NCBI GenBank assembly: GCA_902536655.1
Contig: CACAYF010000005.1
Coordinates: forward strand, 5,790-69,789
From: an uncultured Alphaproteobacteria bacterium
GTDB lineage: Bacteria > Pseudomonadota > Alphaproteobacteria > Methylaequorales > Methylaequoraceae
Direction of reading: 5' to 3'
Length of the DNA: 64,000 nucleotides
Shown here: one piece after another, positions 20,403 to 30,209 of the stretch
How positions within the stretch are numbered: position 1 is the first letter of the stretch
How the letters are laid out: the number at the start of each line of letters is the position of its first letter
The notes under the pieces: generated by a model
The model's database searches: none
Told to the model about the DNA's origin: nothing
What the model saw: only the letters and a program-made list of their open reading frames with translations
Position numbers and translations under genes: made by a program

Positions 20403-21946
20403 TTATTTATCTCTAATTCTTTAATTCCTAAAAAATACATCAGTGCAGAATAAATAATTATCCCAAAAATAATACATAAAATAAGAATAAAATTTGTATT
20501 AAATAAAGTATACATTTCAAAATTATTTATCATAAACTCATAAGTTTTTAAAACAATATAAGACATAGTTAGTGATGCTAATGAGACTTTAAGAAACACT
20601 TTAAAAATTGAAATATCAAAAGAGTAGTTAAGATTTTTGTTTAATATATAAAAAAGTAAAATAAAATTTATCCAAGCAGATACAGAAGTTGAAATTGCTA
20701 AACCAACATGAAGAAACTCCCTTATTAAGATTAGATTTAGTATTAAATTAATTGACATACAAAATAAAGAAATTTTTATAGGAGTTTTTGTATCTTCATT
20801 TGCGAAAAATGGAATAACTAAAATTTTTATCATAATGAAAGCTGGCAAACCACAGCACAGCGCAATAAGTGCTGAGCTAGTTGCTTGAACATCTTTATAT
20901 TCAAATGCTCCTCTGAAAAATAAAAATGAGATAATGTTTTCTGAAAAAATCAACAATCCAAAAAAAGAAGGAATTGAAAATAAAATTCCAAATTTTATTG
21001 CTTTTGAAATGCTTTTTTCAGCTTCTTTCTTTTGGTTTTTTTTAACCTGAGACGATAAAACTGGTAACAATGCAGTGCCAATTGCAATTCCAAGTACACC
21101 TAAAGGAAGTTGATTTACTCTATCTGCATAGTATAAGAAAGAAATGGAACCGTCTGGAAGTGTTGATGCAAGAATCATATCAATCAACAAATTGATTTGA
21201 TAAGCACCATTTCCTAAAATTGCTGGCAACAATAACTTAAAAAATTTAGTTATTTCTTTATCACGTTTGAATGTCTTTAAAAAAGAAAAATTTATAGAAA
21301 GCTTAGATTTATTTCTTCGAATATTATAGTACATCCATATGACTTGAATTATTCCTGCAATTGAGACAACAAAACTTAATGTAGAAGAAATTAAAAATAA
21401 ATTTTCAGATTTAAAAAAGATAAGAAGTGTAAAAATCAACGATAAATTTAAAATGATCGGGGTGACAGCCATTGAAGCAAATTTTCCCAGTGTATTTAAA
21501 TAAGCTCCCATCAGAGACGTTAAACAAATAAAAAGAACAAATGGAAATGTAAATCTTGTCAAATTAATTGAATGATTAAATTTTTCAGGGTTATCTGAAA
21601 AACCAGGTGCAATAAGAGTAATTATTAATGGCATGAAAATTTCTAAGATGAGAACAAATGCCAAAAGTGCGACTAAAAGGAATGAAAAAATATTTGAAAA
21701 AAAAGCGTCAGCACTTTTTTTACCTGATTTAGTCCTTACTCCTGAAACCACTGGTATGAACGCAGCATTCATTGCACCTTCTCCTAAAATTCTTCTGAAC
21801 AAATTAGGTAATTTAAAAGCTACAAAAAAACAGTCAGAAATCAAACCGGCTCCAATTACTCTTGCAATAAGTAAATCTCTGAAATAACCAAGTATCCTAC
21901 TTAGGAATGTTAAAGATCCGACTATAGAGATTATTTTAAATAGCAT
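20381..21946 (-). CDS. murJ: lipid II flippase MurJ (MviN)
   Basis: 521 aa polytopic MOP-superfamily protein. N-terminus MLFKIISIVGSLTFLSRILGYFRD is typical of MurJ. Confidence 0.8.
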   Translation of the reverse strand: MLFKIISIVGSLTFLSRILGYFRDLLIARVIGAGLISDCFFVAFKLPNLFRRILGEGAMNAAFIPVVSGVRTKSGKKSADAFFSNIFSFLLVALLAFVLILEIFMPLIITLIAPGFSDNPEKFNHSINLTRFTFPFVLFICLTSLMGAYLNTLGKFASMAVTPIILNLSLIFTLLIFFKSENLFLISSTLSFVVSIAGIIQVIWMYYNIRRNKSKLSINFSFLKTFKRDKEITKFFKLLLPAILGNGAYQINLLIDMILASTLPDGSISFLYYADRVNQLPLGVLGIAIGTALLPVLSSQVKKNQKKEAEKSISKAIKFGILFSIPSFFGLLIFSENIISFLFFRGAFEYKDVQATSSALIALCCGLPAFIMIKILVIPFFANEDTKTPIKISLFCMSINLILNLILIREFLHVGLAISTSVSAWINFILLFYILNKNLNYSFDISIFKVFLKVSLASLTMSYIVLKTYEFMINNFEMYTLFNTNFILILCIIFGIIIYSALMYFLGIKELEINKWKIQKK

Positions 21947-24512
21947 TACTTAAATTTTGACTGAGTTTATTTTGGATTTCAGTCTTTAATTTTGTTATCA
22001 TTGTTTTGTTTTGTATCTTTGAGCCATATTCACTTCTTAAATGAAAACTATCCTCCACAAAATCACCATTAGTTGAAATTTTGGCCATTGATATAATAAT
22101 CTTATTTTTTAAAAGGATTTTTGAAATATCATACAAAAGCTTAGGTCTGTTATTTGTCTTTACAATCAAAATACTATAAGTTGCAGAAGAAATATTATCA
22201 ATTTCAACATCAGCTTTATTTTCAAGAAACTTGCTTTTTGATTTTATGTCATCCTTTAATTTAAATTCTAATCCTTCTCCCAAATCTTTAATTTTTTGAT
22301 TTAAAGATTTTAGAGAGTTTTTGGCATCATATTTACTATATTTTCTATTTTGATTAAAAGATAATTTAAATGTATCTATAACCGTTCCATTGTCTAACGT
22401 AAAGATTCTAGATTCATAGATTGATAAATCTTCAGATACAAAAATCGATATTAGATTCAAGAATAGACCTGGCCTGTCCTTGGTTACAATAATAATGTCA
22501 AAAAATGAGGTGTTACTAAATTTTTGAATCACATAATCAAAATTAATATTCTCATTTAAAAGAAACTTTTCTATCTGGTAAGCTATCATTTTCTCAGACT
22601 GTAGTAACCAATAATTAGGGTAGGAGATTTTGGAAATTTCAGACATCTTGGACTTTGTGATCTTTCTAGAACTTTTCACAATATTTTGTTGAATTTTTGA
22701 TATTTTATTGTTCAAACTTGTTACTTTTACGGGCTTTCTAATTTGTTTTTCTATCTTTAAAAAAAGCTTGCTCAGTAATGTCGCTTTCCAATTGTTCCAT
22801 AAACCCTGATCTACTGCTGAAATGTCAGTTACTGTAAGAATAAATAAAGATCTTAAAAAAGGAATGTTTTTAATTTTCTGTGTTACATGTCTTATAACCG
22901 AATGATCTTCAAAGTCTTTTTTAAAAGCAACATCACTCAGTAATGAATGATTATACACAAGTTTTGAAGTTTGATTAGCCACAGTTATATTTTCCCCTAA
23001 TCTTAAGACAATTTTTTTTGAAATTTCTTTACCTTTTTTGTTATGTTCTCCACCTTTCCCTTTTCCAATATCGTGTAAAAGAGCTGCATAAAAAAGAGAC
23101 CTTCTATTTAAATTTTTTTTAATTTCATTAAAGGAAAAAGAATAATTTTTATTTACCATTTCACCTTTTTCCAAATCTTTCAAAATGTTTAACGCTTTTA
23201 TAGTATGTTGACCAACTGACAAAGAATGAAATCTATCAAATTGGGGAAGATCAGATATTTTAGAGAATTCAGGTATTAACTTTGAAACTATTCCTATTTC
23301 ATATAAATTTACAAATTTTTTTTTATCCAATGAAAAAAATATTTTTCTAAATAGTTTTATATTTTTTTCAGTAAAAATTTCTTTTCTTGCGAGCTTGTTT
23401 ATGTTCTCGAATGCAAGCCTTCTATCGTTTCCATTATCAATTCCTTTATCTACCTTTTTTAGATAAGCTTCAAGTTTGAATTCATGTTTTACTTTTAAGG
23501 AATTTAATTCAAGATGTTTGCTCTTATTTTTAAGTAATTTATCAATTATTTGTGTAAAAATTTCTGTCAAATTTTTAGTATCTCTAATACTTCTAAAATA
23601 ATTTTTAATCATTTTCTCCACATAAAGATTTTGATTTTTAACAGCAATTTTTTTTGGAATTTTATAAATTAGTCTGGAAATACTAATTTGAAAATCAAAA
23701 GACAGCTTATCATTTGCTCTTTCACTTAAATAGTGGAGATGGCATCTTAATAACAACAAAAATTCTAATGAAGATCTCAATGTTTTTTTTTCTTTGATTG
23801 ATAACAAATCAGATGATGTTTTAAAGTCATTAGCATTGAGCATTTTGAAAATATTTATACCCCAAAAAATTAAATTGATATCTCTTAGCGAACCTTCACT
23901 TTCTTTTAAATTTGGTTCATTTTTGAAATAGTCATAACCAACCTCTATTACCCGTTTGTTTCTCTCATCTAGCTTATTTCTCAAGAGTCTATCTCCATAC
24001 TTCACGATGTCTGCTCTAAAGTTTTTCTGTAATTCATTAAATAAAATCTTCGATCCGCAAATGTTCCTTGCGTCTAACATTGAAGTTTGTATCACGTGAT
24101 CTTTTCTTGATAATCTTATTGATTCCTCAACATTTCTTACCGCATAACCTATATTTAAACCTAAATCCCATAAAGGAAATAGAAAAAGCTCTACAAGTTT
24201 TTTCTTGCTTTCTTCACTTACATTGTTTTGAAATAAAAAAAGTAGGTCTAAATCCGAGTAGGGTGCTAATAATTCTCTTCCGTATCCTCCAACAGCACAA
24301 ATACAAAAAATGACATTTGATTCGATTTGATATTTTGTTTTGGATTTATAAATTTCGACAATAAGTTCATCAATCAATTTTGAGTTAGCTTTACAGCAAT
24401 TAATCGCTTTGTTTTGCTTTAAAAAATCAATTTTTATCTTTTCTCTTTGGGTAAGAAAACTTTTTTTAAGCGTTTGAAATTCTTTATCAATTATTTTTTG
24501 CTTTACTTCCAT
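21936..24512 (-). CDS. glnD: [protein-PII] uridylyltransferase / uridylyl-removing enzyme
   Basis: 858 aa with nucleotidyltransferase, HD domain (LLHDIGKG) and two C-terminal ACT domains. Confidence 0.8.
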   Translation of the reverse strand: MEVKQKIIDKEFQTLKKSFLTQREKIKIDFLKQNKAINCCKANSKLIDELIVEIYKSKTKYQIESNVIFCICAVGGYGRELLAPYSDLDLLFLFQNNVSEESKKKLVELFLFPLWDLGLNIGYAVRNVEESIRLSRKDHVIQTSMLDARNICGSKILFNELQKNFRADIVKYGDRLLRNKLDERNKRVIEVGYDYFKNEPNLKESEGSLRDINLIFWGINIFKMLNANDFKTSSDLLSIKEKKTLRSSLEFLLLLRCHLHYLSERANDKLSFDFQISISRLIYKIPKKIAVKNQNLYVEKMIKNYFRSIRDTKNLTEIFTQIIDKLLKNKSKHLELNSLKVKHEFKLEAYLKKVDKGIDNGNDRRLAFENINKLARKEIFTEKNIKLFRKIFFSLDKKKFVNLYEIGIVSKLIPEFSKISDLPQFDRFHSLSVGQHTIKALNILKDLEKGEMVNKNYSFSFNEIKKNLNRRSLFYAALLHDIGKGKGGEHNKKGKEISKKIVLRLGENITVANQTSKLVYNHSLLSDVAFKKDFEDHSVIRHVTQKIKNIPFLRSLFILTVTDISAVDQGLWNNWKATLLSKLFLKIEKQIRKPVKVTSLNNKISKIQQNIVKSSRKITKSKMSEISKISYPNYWLLQSEKMIAYQIEKFLLNENINFDYVIQKFSNTSFFDIIIVTKDRPGLFLNLISIFVSEDLSIYESRIFTLDNGTVIDTFKLSFNQNRKYSKYDAKNSLKSLNQKIKDLGEGLEFKLKDDIKSKSKFLENKADVEIDNISSATYSILIVKTNNRPKLLYDISKILLKNKIIISMAKISTNGDFVEDSFHLRSEYGSKIQNKTMITKLKTEIQNKLSQNLSNAI

Positions 24513-24516
24513 TATC

Positions 24517-27198
24517 TTAGAAGTTTTTTTTCATAGCATAAAGAATATCTAGTGCATCTTTAGGACTAACCTCATCAAGATTGACTCTGTCTAACATGTT
24601 TTGAAGATCATTTAATTTATTTTCAATAATATTATCATTTGCATTAAAGCCATCATTTTTTTTTGAAGTTGCTTTATACTCTTTTTCTGAATCAAATGAC
24701 TCTAGAATTTCTTTAGATCTAATTACAATTGGTTTTTTTAATCCAGCCATGTTAGCAACATGCAAGCCAAATGATCCCTCTGATATCCCATCAACTACTT
24801 TATAAAGAAAAATAATATCATCATTCCATTTTTTAATTTGAAGTGTCTTGAGTTCTAGACATTTATAATCACTTGATAGAGAGCTAAGCTGTTTATAATG
24901 CGTTGCAAAAAGTGTTAAGCAATTTATTTCTTTTAATATAAACTCCAACACTGCTTGTGCTATAGCAAGTCCGTCTTCGGTAGATGTGCCTCTTCCAAGC
25001 TCATCCAAAATTACAAGTGAGTTTTTAGTTGCTTCATTGATTATTCTCGAAGTCTCTATCATTTCTGTCATAAAAGTTGACATACCCTTGGACAAGTTGT
25101 CTGAAGCTCCAATTCTCGTAAATACTTTATCAAAAACACCTAGGTTGGCAGACTTTGCTGGTACAAATGAACCAATTTGATTTAAAATAATTATGATTGC
25201 AGTCTGCCTTAAAAAAGTACTTTTACCTGCCATATTTGGACCAGTCATAAGCCAAGCGAAATTATTTTTATTCATAACACAATCGTTTGGAGTAAATTCT
25301 TGCGCATTTTTAAATAAACTTTCTTCTACTACAGGATGTCGACCATCAGTTATTTCAATCTTATTTTCTCTAACAATATTTGGTCTACAGTAATTCTTAT
25401 CTAGTGCTAGACTTGCAAAACTTGAAATTACATCTACGAACGAAATTTTTTTGGAGATGTGATAAATTTCCTTATTTGCGTTGTTTATTTTCTGACAGAT
25501 CTCACTATAAAGATCTTTTTCAAGTATAATTGATTCCTCTTGAGCATTAAGTATTTCATCAGAAACTTTCCTAAGTTCTTCTGTTTGAAACCGTGAATTA
25601 TTCACAGTATTTTGAATTAGATTAAATTTAAAGTTCTCATTATTTATTACTTTTTTCGCATTTTTATTTGTTACCTCAACGAAATATCCATGAATATTAT
25701 TGAACTTTATTTTTAAATTTGTGATTTCTGTAAGTCGGCCATATTCTTCCTGCATGTCGAGTATTTCTTTTTGTTTTAGATTTTTAATATCTCTAAGAGA
25801 ATCAAGTTTACTATTAACACCTTTTTTAAATACTCCTCCATCATGCAAATTAACTGGAGGGTTTTCTGTTATATTATTTGAAATGACTTTTTCCAGAATC
25901 ATTGCTTTTTCTAATGAAAGATTGTTGGGTAAAAGAAGATCCATTTCTTCACTTTTAAAACCTCGTACCTCTTCAAATATTTCATGCGCATTTGTAACGA
26001 AGTTTTTCAATATTAAAAGATCTCTAGGGTTATTTAAATTAGCACTTATTCTAGATAATGCTCTTTCGACATCTGAAAGTTGCGACAAAAAATTAATAAT
26101 TCGTTCCGTTGCAAGAGAGTGTCTTATCAAATTGTCAACTAATTGGTGTCTTCTTTTTATTTCATTTTTATCTATAAGAGGTTCCTTCAAAAAATCTTTG
26201 ATTAATCTGCCGCCTGAAGCAGTTTTAGTTTTGTCTATAACGCTAAGAAGAGAACCATCTTTTTGACCATCATTTTTTTCTAATAATTCCAGACTTTTAA
26301 TTGAAAAATGATCAATTTGCATATAATTTTTTTTATCGACCAACTCAAAATTATTAATTAAAGGAATATTTTGTTTTTGTGTAAGTTCCAAATAATGTAT
26401 TAAAGCCCCTAAGGCGCTCATATCTGAATCACTCAAATCGCCCAGCGTCTCAATAAAAGATCGCTTAAAAAATTCTTTTATTTTAGATTTATTACTTTCA
26501 AAATCAAAAAAATTGCTAGGAACTTTTGAAATTTTCTTCTCCAGATAATTAAATTTTGAGTCGAGCAATTTTATTTTATCTATTTTATCTGAAATAATTA
26601 TTTCCTCAGGAGCAATTTTGTTTATCAATTCATAAAGCTCGTTAATTGAATTCTTGCCTTTAACTCTTTGAAGCTTTATCACACCCGTTGACATATCAGA
26701 CCAGGATATTGATATATCTCCCTTTATGATCGAGATACTTAAAAGATGGTTGTTTATTTTTGAATCAAGAAGAGAATCATCTAATATTGTCCCAGGTGTA
26801 ATAATTCTTACGACATCTCTTGTAAAAATTTTTTTATTTTTTGATGAAGTAATTTGGTCATCTTTTGTTTCCAACTGTTCCGCGACTGCAACTTTATAAC
26901 CTTGATTTATTAATCTTGATAAATAGTTTTGCGATGCATGTGCTGGAACGCCGCACATTGGAATATCCTTATTATTTAATTTTCCTCTCTTTGTGAGAGC
27001 AATGCCTAATGCTGAAGAAGCTTCTATGGCGTCCTCAAAAAAAAGCTCGTAAAAGTCTCCCATTCTATAAAACAATAAGTATTCTTTGTGTCTTGATTTT
27101 ACCTCCAAATATTGTTGCATCATTGGAGTAGGTTTAGACTTTTCATTAATCGTGTCCAATGGATTGAAACCTTTTATATCAGGTTGTTTTAATTTCAT
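24517..27198 (-). CDS. mutS: DNA mismatch repair protein MutS
   Basis: 893 aa with Walker A (GPNMAGKSTFLRQ) and the MutS domain I-V signature. Confidence 0.9.
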   Translation of the reverse strand: MKLKQPDIKGFNPLDTINEKSKPTPMMQQYLEVKSRHKEYLLFYRMGDFYELFFEDAIEASSALGIALTKRGKLNNKDIPMCGVPAHASQNYLSRLINQGYKVAVAEQLETKDDQITSSKNKKIFTRDVVRIITPGTILDDSLLDSKINNHLLSISIIKGDISISWSDMSTGVIKLQRVKGKNSINELYELINKIAPEEIIISDKIDKIKLLDSKFNYLEKKISKVPSNFFDFESNKSKIKEFFKRSFIETLGDLSDSDMSALGALIHYLELTQKQNIPLINNFELVDKKNYMQIDHFSIKSLELLEKNDGQKDGSLLSVIDKTKTASGGRLIKDFLKEPLIDKNEIKRRHQLVDNLIRHSLATERIINFLSQLSDVERALSRISANLNNPRDLLILKNFVTNAHEIFEEVRGFKSEEMDLLLPNNLSLEKAMILEKVISNNITENPPVNLHDGGVFKKGVNSKLDSLRDIKNLKQKEILDMQEEYGRLTEITNLKIKFNNIHGYFVEVTNKNAKKVINNENFKFNLIQNTVNNSRFQTEELRKVSDEILNAQEESIILEKDLYSEICQKINNANKEIYHISKKISFVDVISSFASLALDKNYCRPNIVRENKIEITDGRHPVVEESLFKNAQEFTPNDCVMNKNNFAWLMTGPNMAGKSTFLRQTAIIIILNQIGSFVPAKSANLGVFDKVFTRIGASDNLSKGMSTFMTEMIETSRIINEATKNSLVILDELGRGTSTEDGLAIAQAVLEFILKEINCLTLFATHYKQLSSLSSDYKCLELKTLQIKKWNDDIIFLYKVVDGISEGSFGLHVANMAGLKKPIVIRSKEILESFDSEKEYKATSKKNDGFNANDNIIENKLNDLQNMLDRVNLDEVSPKDALDILYAMKKNF

Positions 27199-27237
27199 AT
27201 TAATTTAAATTAGTATACAAAATATTAAATCATTTTC

Positions 27238-28488
27238 ATGTTTGTTCATAAAGATATAATTATTGTATTTCTTTTTTTGTTTGTTGTATCCTTAATCTTG
27301 CTAATAATTTTCATAAAAGATTTGAAGATTATTAGTAAATCGCTGCAAAATTTTAAAGGGAGTGCAGTTAGATCAGATAAGGTTTTTTTCTTTAATCTTT
27401 TTCAACCGCTAATTTTTAATCTTAATTTAATAATAAAAAATCTTAATGAAAAGTCGAAATTCTCAAGATTGAGAATTTTTTTCTATGACTATTTTTTTCA
27501 ATTTTTTCCTGATCCCCTTCTTATAATTGATCAAAACAACATAATTATTGAAATGAATGAACAAGCAATTAATTTTTTTGGAGAAGATTCAAAACAAAAA
27601 AATATTTTCTCAGCTATTAGAATACCAGAGCTAAGCTCGCTTATCGATGAATCTGTTAAACAAAAGAAACCTGTTGAGAAAGAGTTAAATTTAATTTATC
27701 CAAAGGAAAAAATCTTTAATATTTGGGTTTCTGGCAGAAGAGATTTGGGGAAAAATAAATTAAATTTCATCAGACTATTTGATACGACATCTCAGCACAA
27801 TGTCCAAAATATTCAAAGAGATTTTATTGCTAATGCAAGTCACGAATTGAAAACTCCAATTGCCTCAATAATTGGATATTGTGAAACTTTATTAAATGAA
27901 CCTCCCAAAATAAAATCAAAAAAAGAGGATTTTCTTAAAACTATGTTCAATGAAGCAACAAGAATGTCATCTTTGGTTAAAGATTTATTGTCACTTTCAA
28001 GAATTGAAAGGATCGAGTATATCCCCCCAGAAGAAAAAGTTAACCTAATTGAAATTTTAGAAAACGTTAAGAAGACATGTCAGGAAAGAAAGTTTTTGAG
28101 CAAAACTAAATATAAATTTACAATTCCTAAAAGCAATATTGAAATTATTGGAGATAAAACAGAATTACAGCAAGTTTTTTTTAATATTATTGAGAATGCA
28201 ATAACACACAGCCAATCTAAAAGAGCCGTGCAGATTAAATTAATGCAGAAACAGAGGAAAGTAATGTTTCTTGTTCAAGATTTTGGAATTGGAATTTCTA
28301 ATCAAAATATCCCAATGCTTACCAAAAGATTCTACAGAATTGATTCAGCGCGGCCGCGGGATACAGGTCACACAGGTCTTGGTCTATCGATTGTTAAACA
28401 CATTCTTAATAGGCATAATGCTGAATTGAAAATTCACTCTGAAATTGACAAGGGCTCTTTATTTTCTATTAGCTTTGATAAATTATAG
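27238..28488 (+). CDS. phoR: phosphate regulon sensor histidine kinase
   Basis: N-terminal TM, PAS, HisKA H-box (ANASHELKTP) and HATPase G-box (DTGHTGLGLSIV). It lies in a Pho locus with pstSCAB-phoU-phoB. Confidence 0.75.
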   Translation: MFVHKDIIIVFLFLFVVSLILLIIFIKDLKIISKSLQNFKGSAVRSDKVFFFNLFQPLIFNLNLIIKNLNEKSKFSRLRIFFYDYFFQFFPDPLLIIDQNNIIIEMNEQAINFFGEDSKQKNIFSAIRIPELSSLIDESVKQKKPVEKELNLIYPKEKIFNIWVSGRRDLGKNKLNFIRLFDTTSQHNVQNIQRDFIANASHELKTPIASIIGYCETLLNEPPKIKSKKEDFLKTMFNEATRMSSLVKDLLSLSRIERIEYIPPEEKVNLIEILENVKKTCQERKFLSKTKYKFTIPKSNIEIIGDKTELQQVFFNIIENAITHSQSKRAVQIKLMQKQRKVMFLVQDFGIGISNQNIPMLTKRFYRIDSARPRDTGHTGLGLSIVKHILNRHNAELKIHSEIDKGSLFSISFDKL

Positions 28489-28536
28489 CCTTTTAAAAAA
28501 CTTTTATATTCATCTTATCATCAAATTGCCTCTAAA

Positions 28537-28565
28537 CAGTCACTTAACTGTAACAATTGTTAATT
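28537..28565 (+). promoter_or_regulatory. candidate Pho box (PhoB binding direct repeats) upstream of porin gene
   Basis: CAGTCAC-TTAA-CTGTAAC-AATT-GTTAATT: 7-mers with 11-bp periodicity, 5/7 matches to CTGTCAT, 34-62 bp upstream of the ATG at 28599. Shares a TGTAACAATT core with the pstS site. Confidence 0.4.
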
Positions 28566-28598
28566 ACCTTAATTAATAAATATTGATTAAGGAGAATT

Positions 28599-30004
28599 AT
28601 GAAAAAATTTTATTGTGGATTGGCTGCATCAGCGATTAGTTTGTTATATTCAAATGCACACAGTCAAGATTACGGTGCTCAAATTGACGCATTACAAAAT
28701 GAATTACTAAAAATGAAACAAGAAATGAATAAAGGAACTAACAATAAGGCTTTCTTTAAGAAAGGAAAAGGACTTAGTATTGAAAGTTCTGATGGAAAGT
28801 ATTCTTTCCAGATTAAAGGTAGAGCTATGTATGATATTTCTCATATAGATGGTATGACTAATGATAGTTCAGTTGGTCATGCAAATAAATTCGATAGTTT
28901 TGGTGCTGAATTTAGAAGACTTAGATTTTCTATTAAAGTAGGTTTAGGCGATGGCTGGAGTTTGGCCTTTCAACCTGACTTTGCCGAAACAATTTCTGAT
29001 GATTCTAATACAAACGGTAAGGGTGTTGATGTTAAAGATGCTTTGATCAAAAAGAAAATCAAAGGAGTTGGCTCTTTCATGTTTGGTAACGCTAAATCAG
29101 CTGGAGGATATTGGGAGAACACAAGTTCAAATAGTATTTTGATGATGGAACGCCCAATGTATAATGCGTTTGCAAATCTAGCGCATAGAGCTGGCCTTCA
29201 TTATGATAATGATGGGGCACTTTTTCCGAAGGGATTTCATGTAAGAGCGTTACTTATTGGATATGGTAATGAGGGTGCATGGAGAATTGAGCAAGAAGAT
29301 GGTGATGGTGGTGAAGTTACTTGGAACCACTCAATTGCAGCTCACTACACTGGTAAAGGCCTTTTTGATCAATTCATAGGAGGAAAGGATACATGGTTAC
29401 TGGGAGCCTCTTGGCAAATGGAAAGACCACTAAATGATCATACACGAAGCGTTTCCTTCCGACAAAATGGAGTGCATACCCTAGGAGAAAAAATTGTCGA
29501 TACCTCTATTTCTAATATATCTAGCTATCATTACGGAGGGCCTCAATTCCAATATTCTAATGGAAGATACTATTTAGCTACAGAATATTATTGGATTACA
29601 GGCGAGCGCAGAGACGGTTACACCGTTTATGATGATTACAGCGCAGAGGGGGATCTATTTATGGTCAATATTTCTTCAATAGTGATGCAACGGTCAAAAT
29701 AAGTTCAAAAAAAGGTAAAATTGGTGGCGTAAATTGTAAAGCTAAATTCGGATGTACTGCAGCCAAATTTATGCTTGAATCGATCGATACCAGAGACGGT
29801 GAATTAAATGGTTTAAATGGTACACATGGTAAGGCGATTCATATTGGGCTAAATCACTATTTCAACAGTAATGTTAGATTAATGATCGATGCTACTAGAG
29901 GTGTATATTTAGGTGGGCACAATGACTTTTATAGCGATGGCAATAGAGCGGACAGAAGACACACCATGACGTCCATCCAGGCTAGACTGCATGCTAAATT
30001 TTAA
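28599..30004 (+). pseudogene. oprP: phosphate-selective porin OprO/OprP family, interrupted by a frameshift at a G5 tract (29648-29652)
   Basis: ORF1 (28599-29702) has a signal peptide, an N-terminal coiled-coil and beta-strand repeats of the Porin_O_P family. Shifting frame (reading G6 instead of G5) makes a continuous protein ...DDYSAEGGSIYGQYFFNSDATVKISSKKGKIGGVNCKAKFGCTAAKFMLESID... that joins ORF2 (29771-30004) and ends in the typical C-terminal Phe. Confidence 0.65.
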
Positions 30005-30031
30005 ACATTAAAGTTAATTTTAAATTTATTT

Positions 30032-30058
30032 AAAGGTGAGGCTTGCTCACCTTTTTCC
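30032..30058 (+). terminator. rho-independent terminator after porin gene
   Basis: AAAGGTGAG-gcttg-CTCACCTTT hairpin followed by a T-run, 28 bp after the porin stop. Confidence 0.6.
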
Positions 30059-30209
30059 TATTTCTTGCAGATTGTACAAACATTATTATTCAACTTATAA
30101 GAGTAAAAATGAAAAATGTTTTATTTAAGTGTACATACACAAAATTTTTTAACAAGCCCTGTACTTTCTGATTTACACAGAATGTTGGGGCTAAAGAGTG
30201 TGTATGCAC

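Noticed and set aside
25700-26266. 188 aa plus-strand ORF
   Set aside because: It is entirely antisense to mutS, which has clear Walker and MutS motifs. Low-complexity S/L/F-rich sequence; spurious.
28340-28365. GC-rich island with a NotI site (GCGCGGCCGCGGG) in a 30% GC genome
   Set aside because: It lies inside phoR and encodes the conserved HATPase region (SARPRDTGHTGLGL), so the codons are constrained rather than foreign.
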